Shown here piece by piece: positions 1 through 12,555 of a DNA stretch of 64,000 bases. Both the position numbers and the translations under genes were made by a program. Numbering within the stretch: the stretch's first letter is position 1; every line of letters begins with the position of its first letter. The notes under the pieces were generated by a model. That model was not told the DNA's origin. It saw only the letters and a list, made by a program, of their open reading frames with translations, and searched no databases. The stretch is from Octopus vulgaris (Eukaryota): positions 108,500,001-108,564,000 of the forward strand of contig OX597815.1 of assembly GCA_951406725.2 (NCBI GenBank). Reading direction: 5' to 3'.

Positions 1-226
1 AGTTTCAGCTCAGCTGTTTCGGTGCCACTTTTTTTATTTGACATTGCTGATTCCAGGCTGACTTATTTGAAAGAAACCATTTTAAGGCTTTGCTTGACCT
101 CTCTCTCTCTCCCCACCTCTCTCTCTCTGTTTATGTGTGTGAGAATTTAGTTATGTTTGTATGCGTCAGTAATGTCTCTCTCTTCCTCATCTCTCTGAGT
201 CTCTCTGTCAGAGTATGTTTCTGTAT

Positions 227-411
227 TCATGTGCATATGAATGTGCCTGTGTGTATGTATGTGCATATGCTTTGTGTTTGCATGTGTGTGTGTACATGCA
301 TGTGTGCATGTATATGTGTGTGTGCATATGTATATGTGTGTGCATGCACATGTGTATGAGTGTGTGTGTGTATTTGCATGTGTGTATGTGTATGTGTGTG
401 TGTGTGTGTGT
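227..411. repeat. Compound (TG/TATG)n microsatellite
   Basis: Degenerate TG/TATG dinucleotide runs; these explain the overlapping ORFs. Confidence 0.9.
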
Positions 412-955
412 GAATACCCCCTGTGCCAGAATGCATTTCTGTCAAAACAGGTTAAATGTCCACTCAGCCATGCCAAAATTCTCACTGTCCAAACAACCAT
501 GATCACCAATTACCTCATTCCACACAAGGCTTGAACTGACCTGAGGATGTTTTAGATGATACTTGTTCAAGAGACAGTCTAACAGAACTGGAGATTTGTG
601 ATTGCAAGCCAAAATTCTTAACCATTCAACCATTCTGCATCGATTTATATTTCATATTATAATTTTATATAAACATATACACATGCATACACATACATAC
701 AAGAACACTCATACATAAACACATGAACACACGCAATAACAACATCATCATACATGGTCATAGAAGCAGGAAGCACTCATAAATCTCTACGTAGTTCTTA
801 CTCCATATTCTCAACTGCATCCAATAAAAAGCCGTCTTTCTATAGGATGCAGTTGATTGACACACATTGTACCAACACTCTCCATCCAACCATTTGTTGG
901 CCATCAGCTCTGCTTTCATCTCTCTTTCTGTCTTTCTCTCTCACTCTATCAGTCA

Positions 956-958
<3 letters not shown>

Positions 959-993
<35 letters not shown>

Positions 994-1026
994 TACACAT
1001 ACAAATATATACACACACACACACAC

Positions 1027-1088
<62 letters not shown>

Positions 1089-1225
1089 GTACACACACAC
1101 ATATATATGATTCTATGTATATAGCTCATCATCATCCTTATTTTCCTTATTTTTTAACATCTATTTTTCCATCCTTGAACGGGTCTGACATACACTATAT
1201 GTATGTATGTATATATGTGTGTATG

Positions 1226-1259
<34 letters not shown>

Positions 1260-1350
1260 TGTATGTATGTATTTATGTATGTATGTATGTATGTATGCAT
1301 GCATGTATGCATGTATGTATGTATATATACATATATACATGTATGTAGGT
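959..1350. repeat. (TG)n/(CA)n/(TA)n/(TATG)n microsatellite cluster
   Basis: Direct reading of the sequence. Confidence 0.95.
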
Positions 1351-1640
1351 ATATATACTTATATATTTTGCCCTTTGATTATCATGTTAGTATTTTCCTT
1401 ATATATAGTGTCTTGATAACTTCTTTTTTAAACATCCTGACCCCTCCTTCAAATTGCAACTGCCCCTTAATGAATTGTAGTATTTCCTAGACCATTACTA
1501 GCTCAGTCTTTTATCTACCGACCCTGTAGCCCCTGATGGTAAATTATTTGCTCTTAGCATATTGGGCTTCTAGATCATTTGTCTAAGCCATGTTTTCTTT
1601 CCTTTTCCTTCTTCCTTTTTTTTGTGCTGTATGCTCTTGT

Positions 1641-1690
1641 TTTTCACTCTGATGAAGATCCGTTGCCTTAATTCGAATGTCCTGTGAAAA
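1641..1690 (+). ncRNA. Decayed hammerhead-ribozyme-like motif (PLE type)
   Basis: ttttcac-t-CTGATGA...GAAt-GTC-c-tgtgaaaa. Stem I ttttcac/gtgaaaa is present; stem II and the GAAAC are damaged. Confidence 0.3.
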
Positions 1691-2059
1691 TGAAGAACTT
1701 TATTCTCACATATATTTATAGACTGCATTTTGGCAATCCAATCAGTAATGGCCATAAGGTATGTTACGTCACCTATTTACTTATGTCATACTTTGTATTA
1801 AAATATAACCTATAAATGTGGTTCAATCAATGTGTTGGTTAATCTGTAGTTTTCTCCATTTTCTATTTATTTGTATTGGTTCCTGATAAACTCTTGTTTA
1901 TCCTATTGTTATCTGCACTCTACATGCATGGTGTGCCTACATATCAATGCCCGGAGATAATACGGGTAACGGATACCGATAGTATATACAGATATTTTAT
2001 TCCTTCATTGGTTAATATAACCGCTAACTCTGTTTACATATATATTTATACATATAATT

Positions 2060-2320
2060 AATTAATATCAGGGTAATACCAGTGGCCTAGCACATAGAAA
2101 AATTAGTCAATAGACTATATATCATTCATATAAAATACAGTGTACATTTGAAGAAATTGCCGGCATCTTTTTGCTGCAGACAAAGGTCTGCACTTGCGCA
2201 GTGGATTTGAAAAAATTAAAATGTATAAGCAAGAGGCACATGCTGGATTGGCCTCATGTTTATATGTTTAGTCTTGGCGTACCTGTTGACGAAGACTTCG
2301 CCTACCAAATTATTTTAAAG
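2060..2320. repeat. Dispersed repeat shared with 9927-10600 (probably PLE-related)
   Basis: accagtggcctagca...tagtcaatagact matches ~9970-10040 directly; 2150-2315 matches the reverse complement of ~10420-10590. Confidence 0.6.
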
Positions 2321-2325
2321 AGTGA

Positions 2326-2867
2326 GCCTTCGTCAGTTGTCAGCTGTCTATCTACTCCTCATTTCAAGCATTGAATTACAATATGAGTCTTCAAAGACTC
2401 TTGCTCCCATACGTGCAAAAAAAAATTTGAGACTTATGGAGGGTCAAAGTCAGGAACAAAAATAGGACAATGGAGACAAACAAGGAAACCAAAGGAGAAC
2501 AAACATGGAGGGTCATTAGACCAGAATATGGGTGAAAATAGCGAATGCTGAAGAAATATTTATTTTGAGATGAGAAAAGATATAAGAGAGAGATAGGATA
2601 CATGCTTATATCTTTTCTCTTCTCAAAGAAAATATTTCTCCAGCATTTGCTATTTTTACCCACATTCTTGTCTAACGACCTTCCATGTTTGTTTTTGTTC
2701 GGTTTCCTTGTTTGTCTCCATTGTCATGTTTTTGTTCCCAACTTTGACCCTCCATAAGTCCCAAATTTTATTTTGGCATGTATGGGAGTAACTGTCTTTG
2801 AAGACTCATATTATCATTGAGTGCTCAAAATGAGGAGTAGATAGACAGCCGACAACTGACAACGGGT
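2326..2867. mobile_element. Fold-back element with ~260-bp inverted arms (probably a PLE inverted pLTR)
   Basis: Arms 2326-2587 and 2606-2867 are imperfect reverse complements with a ~18-nt loop. The arm end reads caactgacga(a)gg, a truncated hammerhead start. A third copy lies at ~50560-51030. Confidence 0.7.
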
Positions 2868-3052
2868 TGTTCTTTATGTTACTTGCCCTGTTTTCTATTT
2901 GTTTCATTGCTTGCATATTGAACTCATTTGCTTTAGTATTTTATGTTTATTTACTGTTTGGTGATGTCCTGTACCCATATATGCATGATGGGTATATGTA
3001 TATATATATAAATATATATATATATTATATTAAATACATACATATATGCATG

Positions 3053-3084
<32 letters not shown>

Positions 3085-3214
3085 TACACATACATATATA
3101 TATGTAAATATATGTGCATGTGTATATATATATATGTGTGTGTATGTACATATGTATCTATATATATACATACATACATACATACATGCATATTTATATA
3201 TATATATATATATA

Positions 3215-3424
3215 TTTCAAAATGTGACCGTGTGTGTACTGTTGGTGATTTTTTTCCTCTGTCTTCCCTTCTCTGGATCTTTCTTTCTCCTATGTTTCTG
3301 ACGAAGAGCTCTGCTCGAAACACTAAACCCTCCTTCTTCCCTTCCTTCCTGAGCGTCCAATAATACTATATTTGTTCCACGTCCTCGCGTTGTGTTTTCT
3401 CTTTGTGTTTCCATGTTTGGATTA

Positions 3425-3430
<6 letters not shown>
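3215..3430 (+). mobile_element. Short PLE-type tail inserted in (TA)n, with a minimal hammerhead at 3294-3328
   Basis: gttt-CTGACGA-a-gagc-tct-gctc-GAAAC-ac-t-aaac. Stem I is gttt/aaac and stem II gagc/gctc; the cleavage triplet is mutated. (TA)n flanks both sides. Confidence 0.6.
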
Positions 3431-3479
<49 letters not shown>

Positions 3480-3814
3480 ATATCACTTGGTTTAGTTCTG
3501 TACCTTTACCATAATTTACTGACCGAAGTCCACTCTCAGCTGGATCCCTGCATTGCACCATCCACTATTTCTTACTCTTGAGATTACATACTAACTAATT
3601 TTCTCTGTTATTCTTCTCAAGCTCTACATCAATAAGAAATGTTATAATGTAAGATTTAAGTGTCTGATAAACTGAAAACTCAGCAATTCATTTTATCAAC
3701 ATTACTAACGTTTTTCAGATAGGCTTGAATGAAATGCAAACTCAACCTGTCTTTGGAGAATGAGTTTATACATCTACAAATGTAAATCTTTGTAGCCTCA
3801 CCTCATTAAGGCAA

Positions 3815-3975
3815 CAAATTGGTAGAATCTCTACAGCCTCAGGTTGAATTCCTTTGAGTATTTGCTCAGACTCTCTGCACTCTGAATTCAAATTCTGCCA
3901 CAGTTAACATTCCTTTTCATCATTTGGAATCAATAAATTAAATACCAATTAAGAACTAGGTGTTGATACAATGAT
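3815..3975 (+). mobile_element. Degenerate SINE family B copy
   Basis: ttcaaattctgcc...cttttcatcatttgg...aataccaatt core shared with 9011-9232. Confidence 0.5.
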
Positions 3976-4129
3976 TCCACCTCTGTTTGTCTCTCTTTTA
4001 CTGAATCAGCTATATTGTACTGTGTAAAAGGTTTGAGAAATAACTCATTGCCTCCCTTTCTTCATAATTGGAGAAGTGGTGAACAGGAAGTAGTAAAGCA
4101 TGAAATGGAAATAAAGGCATCAAATTAGA

Positions 4130-4250
4130 CTGACCTCCAGTGTTCAACTAGTACTTATTTTATCGACCCCGAAAGAATGAAAGATAAAGTTGACTTCGGT
4201 GGAATTTGAACTCAGAATGTGAAGACGGACAAAATGCTTAACAGTATTTA
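4130..4250 (-). mobile_element. SINE family B fragment
   Basis: gtacttattttatcgaccccgaaagaatgaaagataaagttgac...ggaatttgaactcagaa is the reverse complement of the family core. Confidence 0.75.
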
Positions 4251-5719
4251 GTCTAGTCTGGTGCTAATGATACATTTTGTGCTAATCAATTTTGTGCTAA
4301 TAATTCTGAGTTTGGGGTGTTAGAATAATCAATCAGATGTATTTCAGTAGTCATTAAATTGTTCACATTACTACATTCCTTAAAAGCTGCCTTTTTCACT
4401 CAACTGAGAATATGAAAATAAATGACATTAGTATAATTAAATGATTGTCAATAGCTGAGAAAAATATGTGACAAAATGCTGGGTTAAGAATCATTGAATC
4501 ATTTGATTATATTCCATTAGTGCTGTACCACATTATCAGGATATTCCACTCTTGTTTATCAAGGTGTCTCACCCCTAGTTGCTATATCAGTCATAAGTAA
4601 ACTGTGACCAGCAAGATTTTCTGAATGGCATGCCTAATGCAAAATTACCTGAGATATTTCTTAAAAGATCAACCCACCTGATGATAAACCATATCTCATG
4701 TGGCTTGCTTCTCAGAAAATGATGCTCATACATGTTCTACATAGTCTCTCAAAACAGCTAGAACTAGCAACCAAGTTTTCCTGAACCCCACCCTATTACT
4801 TTAACAATGTAGCCCAAAAAGTATAAAAACAGAGCAGTCATAAATGAACTACTGATATCCTAGATTTGATCTTCAATCAGATCTGACCTGGGACTAAATA
4901 ACAACAGATGCATGTAGCTTATATAATTTAAGTAGCAAAAGTACTTAATCCTTGACAGGCTCTACAGGAATTAAATCCTAACATAGGCCTTGCATTCAGC
5001 AGCACTTTCTTAAGCCAATCAATATCATCTCATATCAATGAAGGTTTCTGATTTGTAAAAGTGAAACAACTGCTTCTATTTTTCTCACCAACATCTGTGA
5101 AATGGAATTCCGGGATTTTGCTATGAAATTCCACAATGGAATACTGCTTGCACATCTAGGACAGTACTGCTACTGCTACTGCTACACATACAGATATCCA
5201 AGAATGCATGAAGAAATGGAAAAAAGAAAAAGAAAGAAAGGCTATTCCTCTGATTGCCATGAAATCATTCACCAACATACTCCAAACACTTGTCACAGAT
5301 GTGTTGTTCGTAACTTTGCCTCTTACTACTACAGTCGTGGTTTCATCTATTCACATTTAGTCTTGCTCCACCTCTACCCCAGCCCACCTGATTCTCTTGT
5401 CTCTCCTCCTTTTACAACCCATATCATATTTCAACATACACAAACACACACACACACATATATATGATTATCAGATGTATTTCATCATTGACATAGATGC
5501 TTCCAAGTTTCATTCCATAGTGAGTTTGGTTGGAGTGGAGAAAGATTTGAAAGTTTGCTCTCAAAACTCCTGTACCCATACTCCAACTGTGTTGAAACAA
5601 TGGAGACCTGGTTGATTGCAGAAACATAAGGCTCCAGTCTCTCATGGCCCAGTCATGCATCCTTCTTCATACATGAAAGACATACAATTATGACCTTTAT
5701 AATAACTGCAGAGAGGAAA

Positions 5720-6452
5720 GATGTTTTTGAAAAATTCAGAAAATCATTAATTTTAGCTGCAAACAAATTTTATTGACATCAATGTATTTATATTGAATTA
5801 GCATTTGTCAAAATCAAATGTGGAAAACAGCATCCATCATGTGGTGTCCATTTTCGTTGATGCATTTCTGAAGGTGTTCTTGGAAGTTGGCCTCCACTCT
5901 CTCCAGCACTGCTCTGTGCATAGTCCCATGGTTTCCACTATTGCCCAATGACCAATTTCTACAGGTAGAAATGCAAGTCTTCATGCAAAATACGCCTTAC
6001 TTATCGATTACTGATGCCAAGTTCAGTGGAATGCCTCTGAGCAGAACGATTCAGATTCCATATCAAAGCTTGTCTGATGCTTTGCACATTTTCCAGGGTC
6101 TGTACCATTCATGGCACCCCTACCAGTTTCCTATTCATTAGTGTACTTTGTGTATGAAATGCATTCACCCACTGTAAGACTGTGCTACGGGTGGGAACAG
6201 CCTAATTTCAGTGAATGTTGAATTGGTGCCAAAACTCATGCTGAACTGCTGTGACAGAGTCATTATTCTTCATGTAACTGTCATAGGCAAAGATACGATG
6301 CTCTATCATCCACAACACCATAGCTTCATCTAAAACGAAAAAAAAATGCTAAGACACCACAGACCATATGATACCTGTTGGACATATGTCCCTCCCACTG
6401 GAACTGAGTAATAACTATTTCAAAAGCATCCATCCACTCTGCCTCACCCTAT
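5720..6452 (-). mobile_element. Decayed Tc1/mariner-superfamily element (DUF4817 HTH-type N-terminus), internally deleted
   Basis: Minus-strand remnants IEHRIFAYDSYMKNNDSVTAVQHEF...VPTRSTVLQWVNAF...ELGISNR*VRRILHEDLHF and a C-terminal LERVEANFQEHLQKCINENGHH; end ...caccctata. Confidence 0.6.
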
Positions 6453-7080
6453 ACTAATATCTGGCACATAATCTTCCTGATCTTTTCAAGTGACATCACA
6501 TTCACAACATCAGATTTGCATATTAAAGATTGAACATCTTTTTCTTAGAGCCCCAAAATATCTCAGTCTAACTAGTTGCAGACTTTATGCAGTTATGAAA
6601 TAAGATTCTGATTGGAATTCAACTTATGATGAGCTAGAAGCTACATGTAGACTCATTGTAGACAAATTCAGAATTTGGTCATATGTTTTGATACAAGTAT
6701 TGCTATATTTTGATTCAAGCATACTATAATCACTAGCTCATATACGAACCATTTATATTTTTCCCTTTCTCTCTAATACTACACTAACAACCTCATCTTC
6801 TTCACACTAGCTTCTTCCATCTCCTTTCACTTAAGCTAACTCAACATCCAAAATCCTGCCCTAAACATGTTACCCAATCTTCCACAAGTCCAATTTGTCT
6901 ACAAGTTTTTTGCAGTTGACAATTTTCACATATTTAACTTAAACAGGCTGGAAGAAGATACAAAGATTATGGGGCCGTTCCCTTTTATTCTGGATAGTTT
7001 ACTAAAAATAAAGAAACTTATGTCTCTTTTAGTGATGTGCAAACTAAGAATGAATGTAAAATATAAGTAGAATATATATA

Positions 7081-7515
7081 GGCAGAGGTGTCTCTGTGTG
7101 GTAAGAAGTTTGCTTCCCAACCACATGGTTCTGGGTTCAGTCCTACTGTATGGCACCTTGGGCAAGTTTCTTCTACCATAGCCCTAGGATGATCAAAGCC
7201 TTGTGAGTGGATTTGGTAGATGAAAACAAAAGGAAGTCTGTCATCATCATTATCATGATCATTTATCATCATTTAACATCTGTTTTCCATGCTGGTATGG
7301 GTTGTATCTATGTGTGTTTTTGTGTATGCTTGGCAACTGGTGTTGGTTTGTTTACATCCCTGTAACTTAACAGTTTGGCAAAAGAAACTGACGGAATATA
7401 TGCCAGGCTGAAGAAATAAGTATTGCTGTCAAGCTGTCCTACTAAACCTTTCAAGGCAGTGCCCCAGCATCATGGCCACAAGCCAATGACAGAAACAAGT
7501 AAAAGATAAAAGACG
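7081..7515 (+). mobile_element. tRNA-derived SINE family A with an internal microsatellite
   Basis: Head gtggtaagaagtttgcttcccaaccacatggttctgggttcagtcc; body ccttgtgagtggatttggtaga; tail ...gaaacaagtaaaaga. Confidence 0.85.
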
Positions 7516-7825
7516 AAAGATTTATGAGAATTAGTAAATATAGTGTTTAAGCAAATATTTAAAGCAAACATGAATAGAAATAGAAATTGTCTGAAGGGGA
7601 AACTAATTACATTATGTTTGCTAATATCACAGTGTAATTAGTGTTATACTGTAAGTAATATAATAATATTCTTTGTCATATAAACGCCTTCATATAATGA
7701 TCCGACAACAATGCTTTTACAGAGTTGTTCAGTCTGCTAGAAATAACAGTCAAATTTCCTTCAAAATCACACCCTCACATCCTACTTTCTTGGAAAATAT
7801 GAAATGTATTAGATAATTTAGTCAA

Positions 7826-8216
7826 TTCTTTGCTTCCCAACTGCATGGTTCTGAGTTCAATCCTATTGCATGGTACATTGGGTACATGTCTCTTACCATA
7901 GCCTCAGGCTGACTAAAGCCTTGTGAGTAGATATGGTAGATGGAAGCTGAAAGAAGCCTATCATATATATAGATGTGTGTGTGTGTGTGTGTGTGTATCT
8001 TTGTATCTATGTTTTCCCCCCACCACTGCTTGACAACCAGTGTTGGCATGTTTACATGTCTGTAACTTGGTGGTTCAGCAAAAGCGACTGATAAAACAAG
8101 TACCAGACTTTACAGAAAAAATAATATATGTACTGGAGTTGATTCATTCAATTAACATTCTTCAAGGAGGTGCTCCAGCATGACTGCAATCTAGTGACTG
8201 ATACAAGTAAAAGAAG
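7826..8216 (+). mobile_element. SINE family A
   Basis: Same head, body and tail as 7081-7515, with an internal (TG)n. Confidence 0.85.
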
Positions 8217-8425
8217 GAACTAAAAAATTGCATGGAAACCAAAATAGTTGGATATTCTCAATCACAAGTCTTCTGTAAGTGAACTGATGGATGGTGTATT
8301 AACAAGACCAAAAATACCTTTATATCTTCCTAATTAGTCAGAGATTAATTTTCATGCAGCACATACTTATTTTGCATGTATTTTTATGCAACTTTTGACA
8401 ATGTGGTTGTATATAAAAAAAAAAA

Positions 8426-8675
8426 GGTAAAATTACTTTCTTGAGTTATACTGACTCATAAGGGCTGGTTTCCCAATTTCATGGCATATGTATTCCCTGT
8501 TTGGATGGGATGCTGGTCCATCGTAGGGTTACTCATTTTAGCCACCTGAGTGGACTGGAGTATCGTGAAATGAAGTGTTTTGCTCAAGAACACAATGCAT
8601 TGCTCAGTACAGGAATTGAAACCACAATCTTATGATCACAAGTTCAATACTCTAACCAGTAAACCATGCACCTCC
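8426..8675 (-). mobile_element. tRNA-derived SINE family D (octopus OR-like)
   Basis: Minus strand ggaggtgcatggtttactggttagag (A box)...ggtttcaattcc (B box), then ttgagcaaaacacttcatttcac...ccagtccactcag...ctacgatggaccagcatcccatcc. Confidence 0.75.
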
Positions 8676-8777
8676 ACAGAGATCCAGTGTGTCACCTGCA
8701 TAAAAGGAATATATTCTTGGTGCTTTGGTACATTTAAGTACATTTAAAATGTGCACACACACACACATTTATGTATA

Positions 8778-8940
8778 GGAGTAGGCTTGGCTGTGTGGTT
8801 GATAAGTTCATCTACCAACCATTGGTTTTAGGTTCAGTCCCACTGTGCAGTACCTTGACAAGTGTCTTCTACAATTGCATAAGGTTGAATGAAGTCTCGT
8901 GAATGTATTTGGTAGATGAAAGCTGAAAGACACTCATCAT
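8778..8940 (+). mobile_element. SINE family A, 5' part
   Basis: ggctgtgtggtt...ggttcagtcccactg...tttggtagatgaaagctgaaaga. Confidence 0.75.
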
Positions 8941-9010
8941 GCATATGTTTTTTGTGACGAACAGGAATCAAATACACTTACAACTTTATATCCATTATTA
9001 CTGGAATGAA

Positions 9011-9232
9011 AGGCGGCAAACTGGCATAAACATTAGCATGCCAGGAGAAATGCTTAGCGAGTATTTTGTCTGTTTTTACGTTCTGGGTTCAAATTCTGTC
9101 AAGGTCGACTTTGCCTTTCATCCTTTCGGGGTCAATAAATTAAGTACCAGTTGCATACTGGGGTCAATTTAATTGATTGCCCCCCCCCTTCCCTAAAATT
9201 GCAGGCCTTGTGCCTAGAATAGAAAAGATTAT
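9011..9232 (+). mobile_element. tRNA-derived SINE family B, near full length
   Basis: ggcggcaaactggca...gggttcaaattc...gtcgactttgcctttcatcctttcggggtcaataaattaagtaccag...ggccttgtgcctagaatagaaaagattatt. Confidence 0.85.
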
Positions 9233-9779
9233 TACTGGAATAAGCAGATACACACACACACACACACACTGACCCACTTAGATCAAGGTATAGCTGATTT
9301 TAGAATCTTGGGTAAATAATGTGGTGCCATAATTTAATATACTGCATTTACAGACAATATTTGAGAAAAAAATAATAAAAATTTGCAAGAACACATAAGC
9401 TATATACCAGAAAAAGGACAAAATCCATCTTTACACACACACACACACACATCTTTACAGCTTTTATGTGGAGCAGTTAACTCAAAGGTAAGATAAATAA
9501 ATAAACCCTAAAGTTCTATTCAAGAAGTGAAAACATACATATGTATGTACATACAAGTGCAAGGCATATCAGCTTTACATAAATGTGTCAAAGAACTACA
9601 CACTGCTAGAAAACTGAAACTGATGACTACGACCAAGCAAACTCATCTTATGTATTTAAAAACTTGTGAAGGAATCTTTAGAGCCCAGAAAACTGGGATA
9701 CTGTACATATTTCTTTGATAATCTTTTATGAAACATGTTGGAATGGAAAAAGTGATTTTATTTCAAGTTATCTTCATTT

Positions 9780-9855
9780 CTCTCTCTCTCTTTCTTTCTT
9801 TCTTTCTCTCTGTCTGTCTGTTTGTCTGCTTGCTTGTCTGTCTGTCTATCTATCC

Positions 9856-9925
<70 letters not shown>
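9780..9925. repeat. (TC)/(TCTG)/(TCTA)n microsatellite
   Basis: Direct reading of the sequence. Confidence 0.95.
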
Positions 9926-10186
9926 AATTAATAATATTAGGATAAGAAAAATTTTAGAAATTTTCACTACCAGTGGCCTAGCATGTAGAAAAATTAGTCA
10001 ATAGACTTTATATTATTCATATAAATATTGTGTACATTTAAACACATAAGAGGTATCAATCACAGGATACCTGGCATACTAGAAGGAATAGCCAAAATCC
10101 AAATCACTATTATGGATAAATTTCGAAGGGAATGAAAGATAATGACATTTACCATCTATTTCCTGGACCATGGTTTCTGACTTTAA

Positions 10187-10406
10187 CGCTTTAGCATTCA
10201 GATTAATCTGTCAAATGTAAAGCCTGTTTAATTACGTTGTTTTAAATTAATTGTACAGCATCTTGTAACTCTGGGATTTTGATGATGTCCCTGTTTATTT
10301 TTAGAATGACTTTGTAGGGTAGGTGTGAGAGGTTAGAGCTGGCTGGTTTGAGCATAAAACAGGAAGGCAATTTTGGCCTGGTATGGCCGGTTTAAACATT
10401 AAAGGG
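10187..10406. mobile_element. piggyBac-type MITE (TTAA TSD)
   Basis: TTAA|cgctttagcatt...aacattaaaggg|TTAA; short imperfect TIRs. Confidence 0.65.
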
Positions 10407-10916
10407 TTAAATTAGCAAATAAAATAATTTGCTAGGCAAAGTCTTCATCAACAGGTACACCTAGCTTAAACATATAAACATTGAGGCAATCCAGTATGTG
10501 CCCCATGCTTATATATTATAATTTTTCAAATCTATCGTTCAAGCGCAGTTTTTTGTCAGTAACAAATAAAATAATGCCGGCGTTACTTCGAAAATTTGCT
10601 ATTTATCTATCTATTTATCTGTCTATCGATGTTTCTCTCTCATATGTGTGTATGCTCACATTTTTGTGGATGTGTGTATGAGCGAGTATACTTGCGCCGT
10701 GCAGCTTGTCTGAGGGCATTTATAAATCCATATTTGTTAACTGTTATTTTAAATATTTTTCTTACTGGATTGTATGTTCGTTTCTCCTTTTGCTATCTGT
10801 GAGTTTATTTTTGTTCTTCTATATAATGAAGATATTTCCTCCGTCTGACTGCTTTCCTTTCTACAACACGAGAAGTTACATTGTGGAACAGTCATTTTAA
10901 TGAGTTGTATTCATAT

Positions 10917-11022
10917 ATCCCCTGAAGAGATACATCAGCACTGCTGGATGCTCCTTAACCAATTGTTGAGTGTCCCATCCATGAGGGATTGATGCTAGAT
11001 GTGTCGAAACAATTGTTGTGAT
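10917..11022 (+). ncRNA. Hammerhead-like ribozyme with an extended, branched stem II
   Basis: CTGAAGA 10922-28; stem II gatacatc/gatgtgtc; GAAAC 11006-10; palindromic stem III acaattgt; stem I partly decayed. Confidence 0.6.
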
Positions 11023-12164
11023 TAATGATAAATTCTTATAGATTCCATCTTGTCTTTCATTTACCATATATATATACACACACACATATTGGAAAATTCT
11101 AGAATCCAAGATTGAAGACTGGATATCAAAAGAGAACTCAATACAAGTTAAGTATACAATACAAATAACCATTGAGCAAATAGCTTTATTTAACAAATTT
11201 AATGTTTTAGTAAAGAAACTTCACTTTTTTAAAAATTCATAGCTTCTCTGAAACAAAATAGCTGGACTCTAAAAGGAACTTGGATTATTTTAGGACTAGC
11301 AGAAACCATGGAAATTTCATAGGTTTTGCAAGTAAACATGGAGAACTTTAGTTTATCTGTTGCTATAGTTTATCTGTTGCTATAGTGGAGATGGCAGCAA
11401 ATGGCATTCAAAATAGAGAGAGATGGAGGTAAGGAGGAAAGGAAAGAATGGAAGAGGAAGTTGTGACAAATGTTAGCTGAGGTGGTAACAGTAAAGGTAA
11501 AGAAAACAGAAAGAACAAAGGAGAAATGTTGAAGAATCAATACAGGCATAATGATCATGCGCACACACACACACACACACACGTGCATATATACACGCAT
11601 TCACACACACATACAAACGCATGCACTGAGAACTGTGATATTTTATTGTTGTGATGATGTTGGTAAGGAGTGAGTGAACCCTTTTGATACAAAACAATCC
11701 AAGACTTCCCTTGATTCTATGATACAAACTTCATCTTTAAAGTGATCTAAATTGAGATATTGCATCAACATTTTATGCTAATTTATGTCTCAAACTTCCG
11801 CTTAATAATGGCAAAATTATTTATATAAATTCTTCATTATTTTCAAAAGTATTTGAAACTAAAGCGGTGTATTTCAACAGACATCTGGTGTGGAGGTTTT
11901 GTAAGAAGATTGGAACTAATGGCAAACAATTCATTTTTGTGAACATTAGAAATTCTCTATGATTTAATTCATTTGCACCTTTGTGCAAGGAATCATCAAG
12001 AAACGTTGCCACCACTATTGTAACTATCATGACTGTCAACAACAAACAACAGCTATCATAAACAACAACCACCATCAACAACAAATAATCATCCGCATTA
12101 CTGCCATCATCACCATTTACCATTATCATTACTTTTATTTTCCTTGTTGTGTATGTGTGTGTGT

Positions 12165-12555
12165 GATGAAAGAAGAAGTGGTGGGCAGCAGAACCAGAGG
12201 CAGACCTCAGTTTGTGTGGATGGATGGAGTGAGGAAAAAGCTTTGGTGGTTAGAGGTGCTGAAGTGAGAGAAGCAAGAGAGTTTATAAGTGATAGGAAAG
12301 CTTGGAGAGTGTTTGTGGATGGATGAGGGAATTTGATGTTGCTCAAAGGAATTCGGAACCAGCATGATGCAGCGGGGGTAAACCAGCATATGCTGTTGTG
12401 CCCTGCTGCTGATATTGGGGGTTGCATTCTATGCTTTAACCTGAGTATAGGACAGGGCTCACCTCTTTGAGCTGGGAAATGAATGGAATGCCTGGTGCAT
12501 GTCTTGTTGTGTCTACTCACTCCTAAAAAAATGGGGAATAGGCCTGAGTATATGT
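12165..12555 (+). mobile_element. RTE-clade LINE 3' remnant
   Basis: EEVVGSRTRGRPQFVWMDGVRK followed by the frameshifted EAREFISDRKAWRVFV, a typical RTE C-terminus, then a presumed 3' UTR. Confidence 0.7.

Noticed and set aside
5102-5467. 121-aa ORF
   Set aside because: Chimera of simple repeats and a probable decayed LINE C-terminal remnant (HR...YYY); a similar remnant lies on the minus strand at ~27350-27450.
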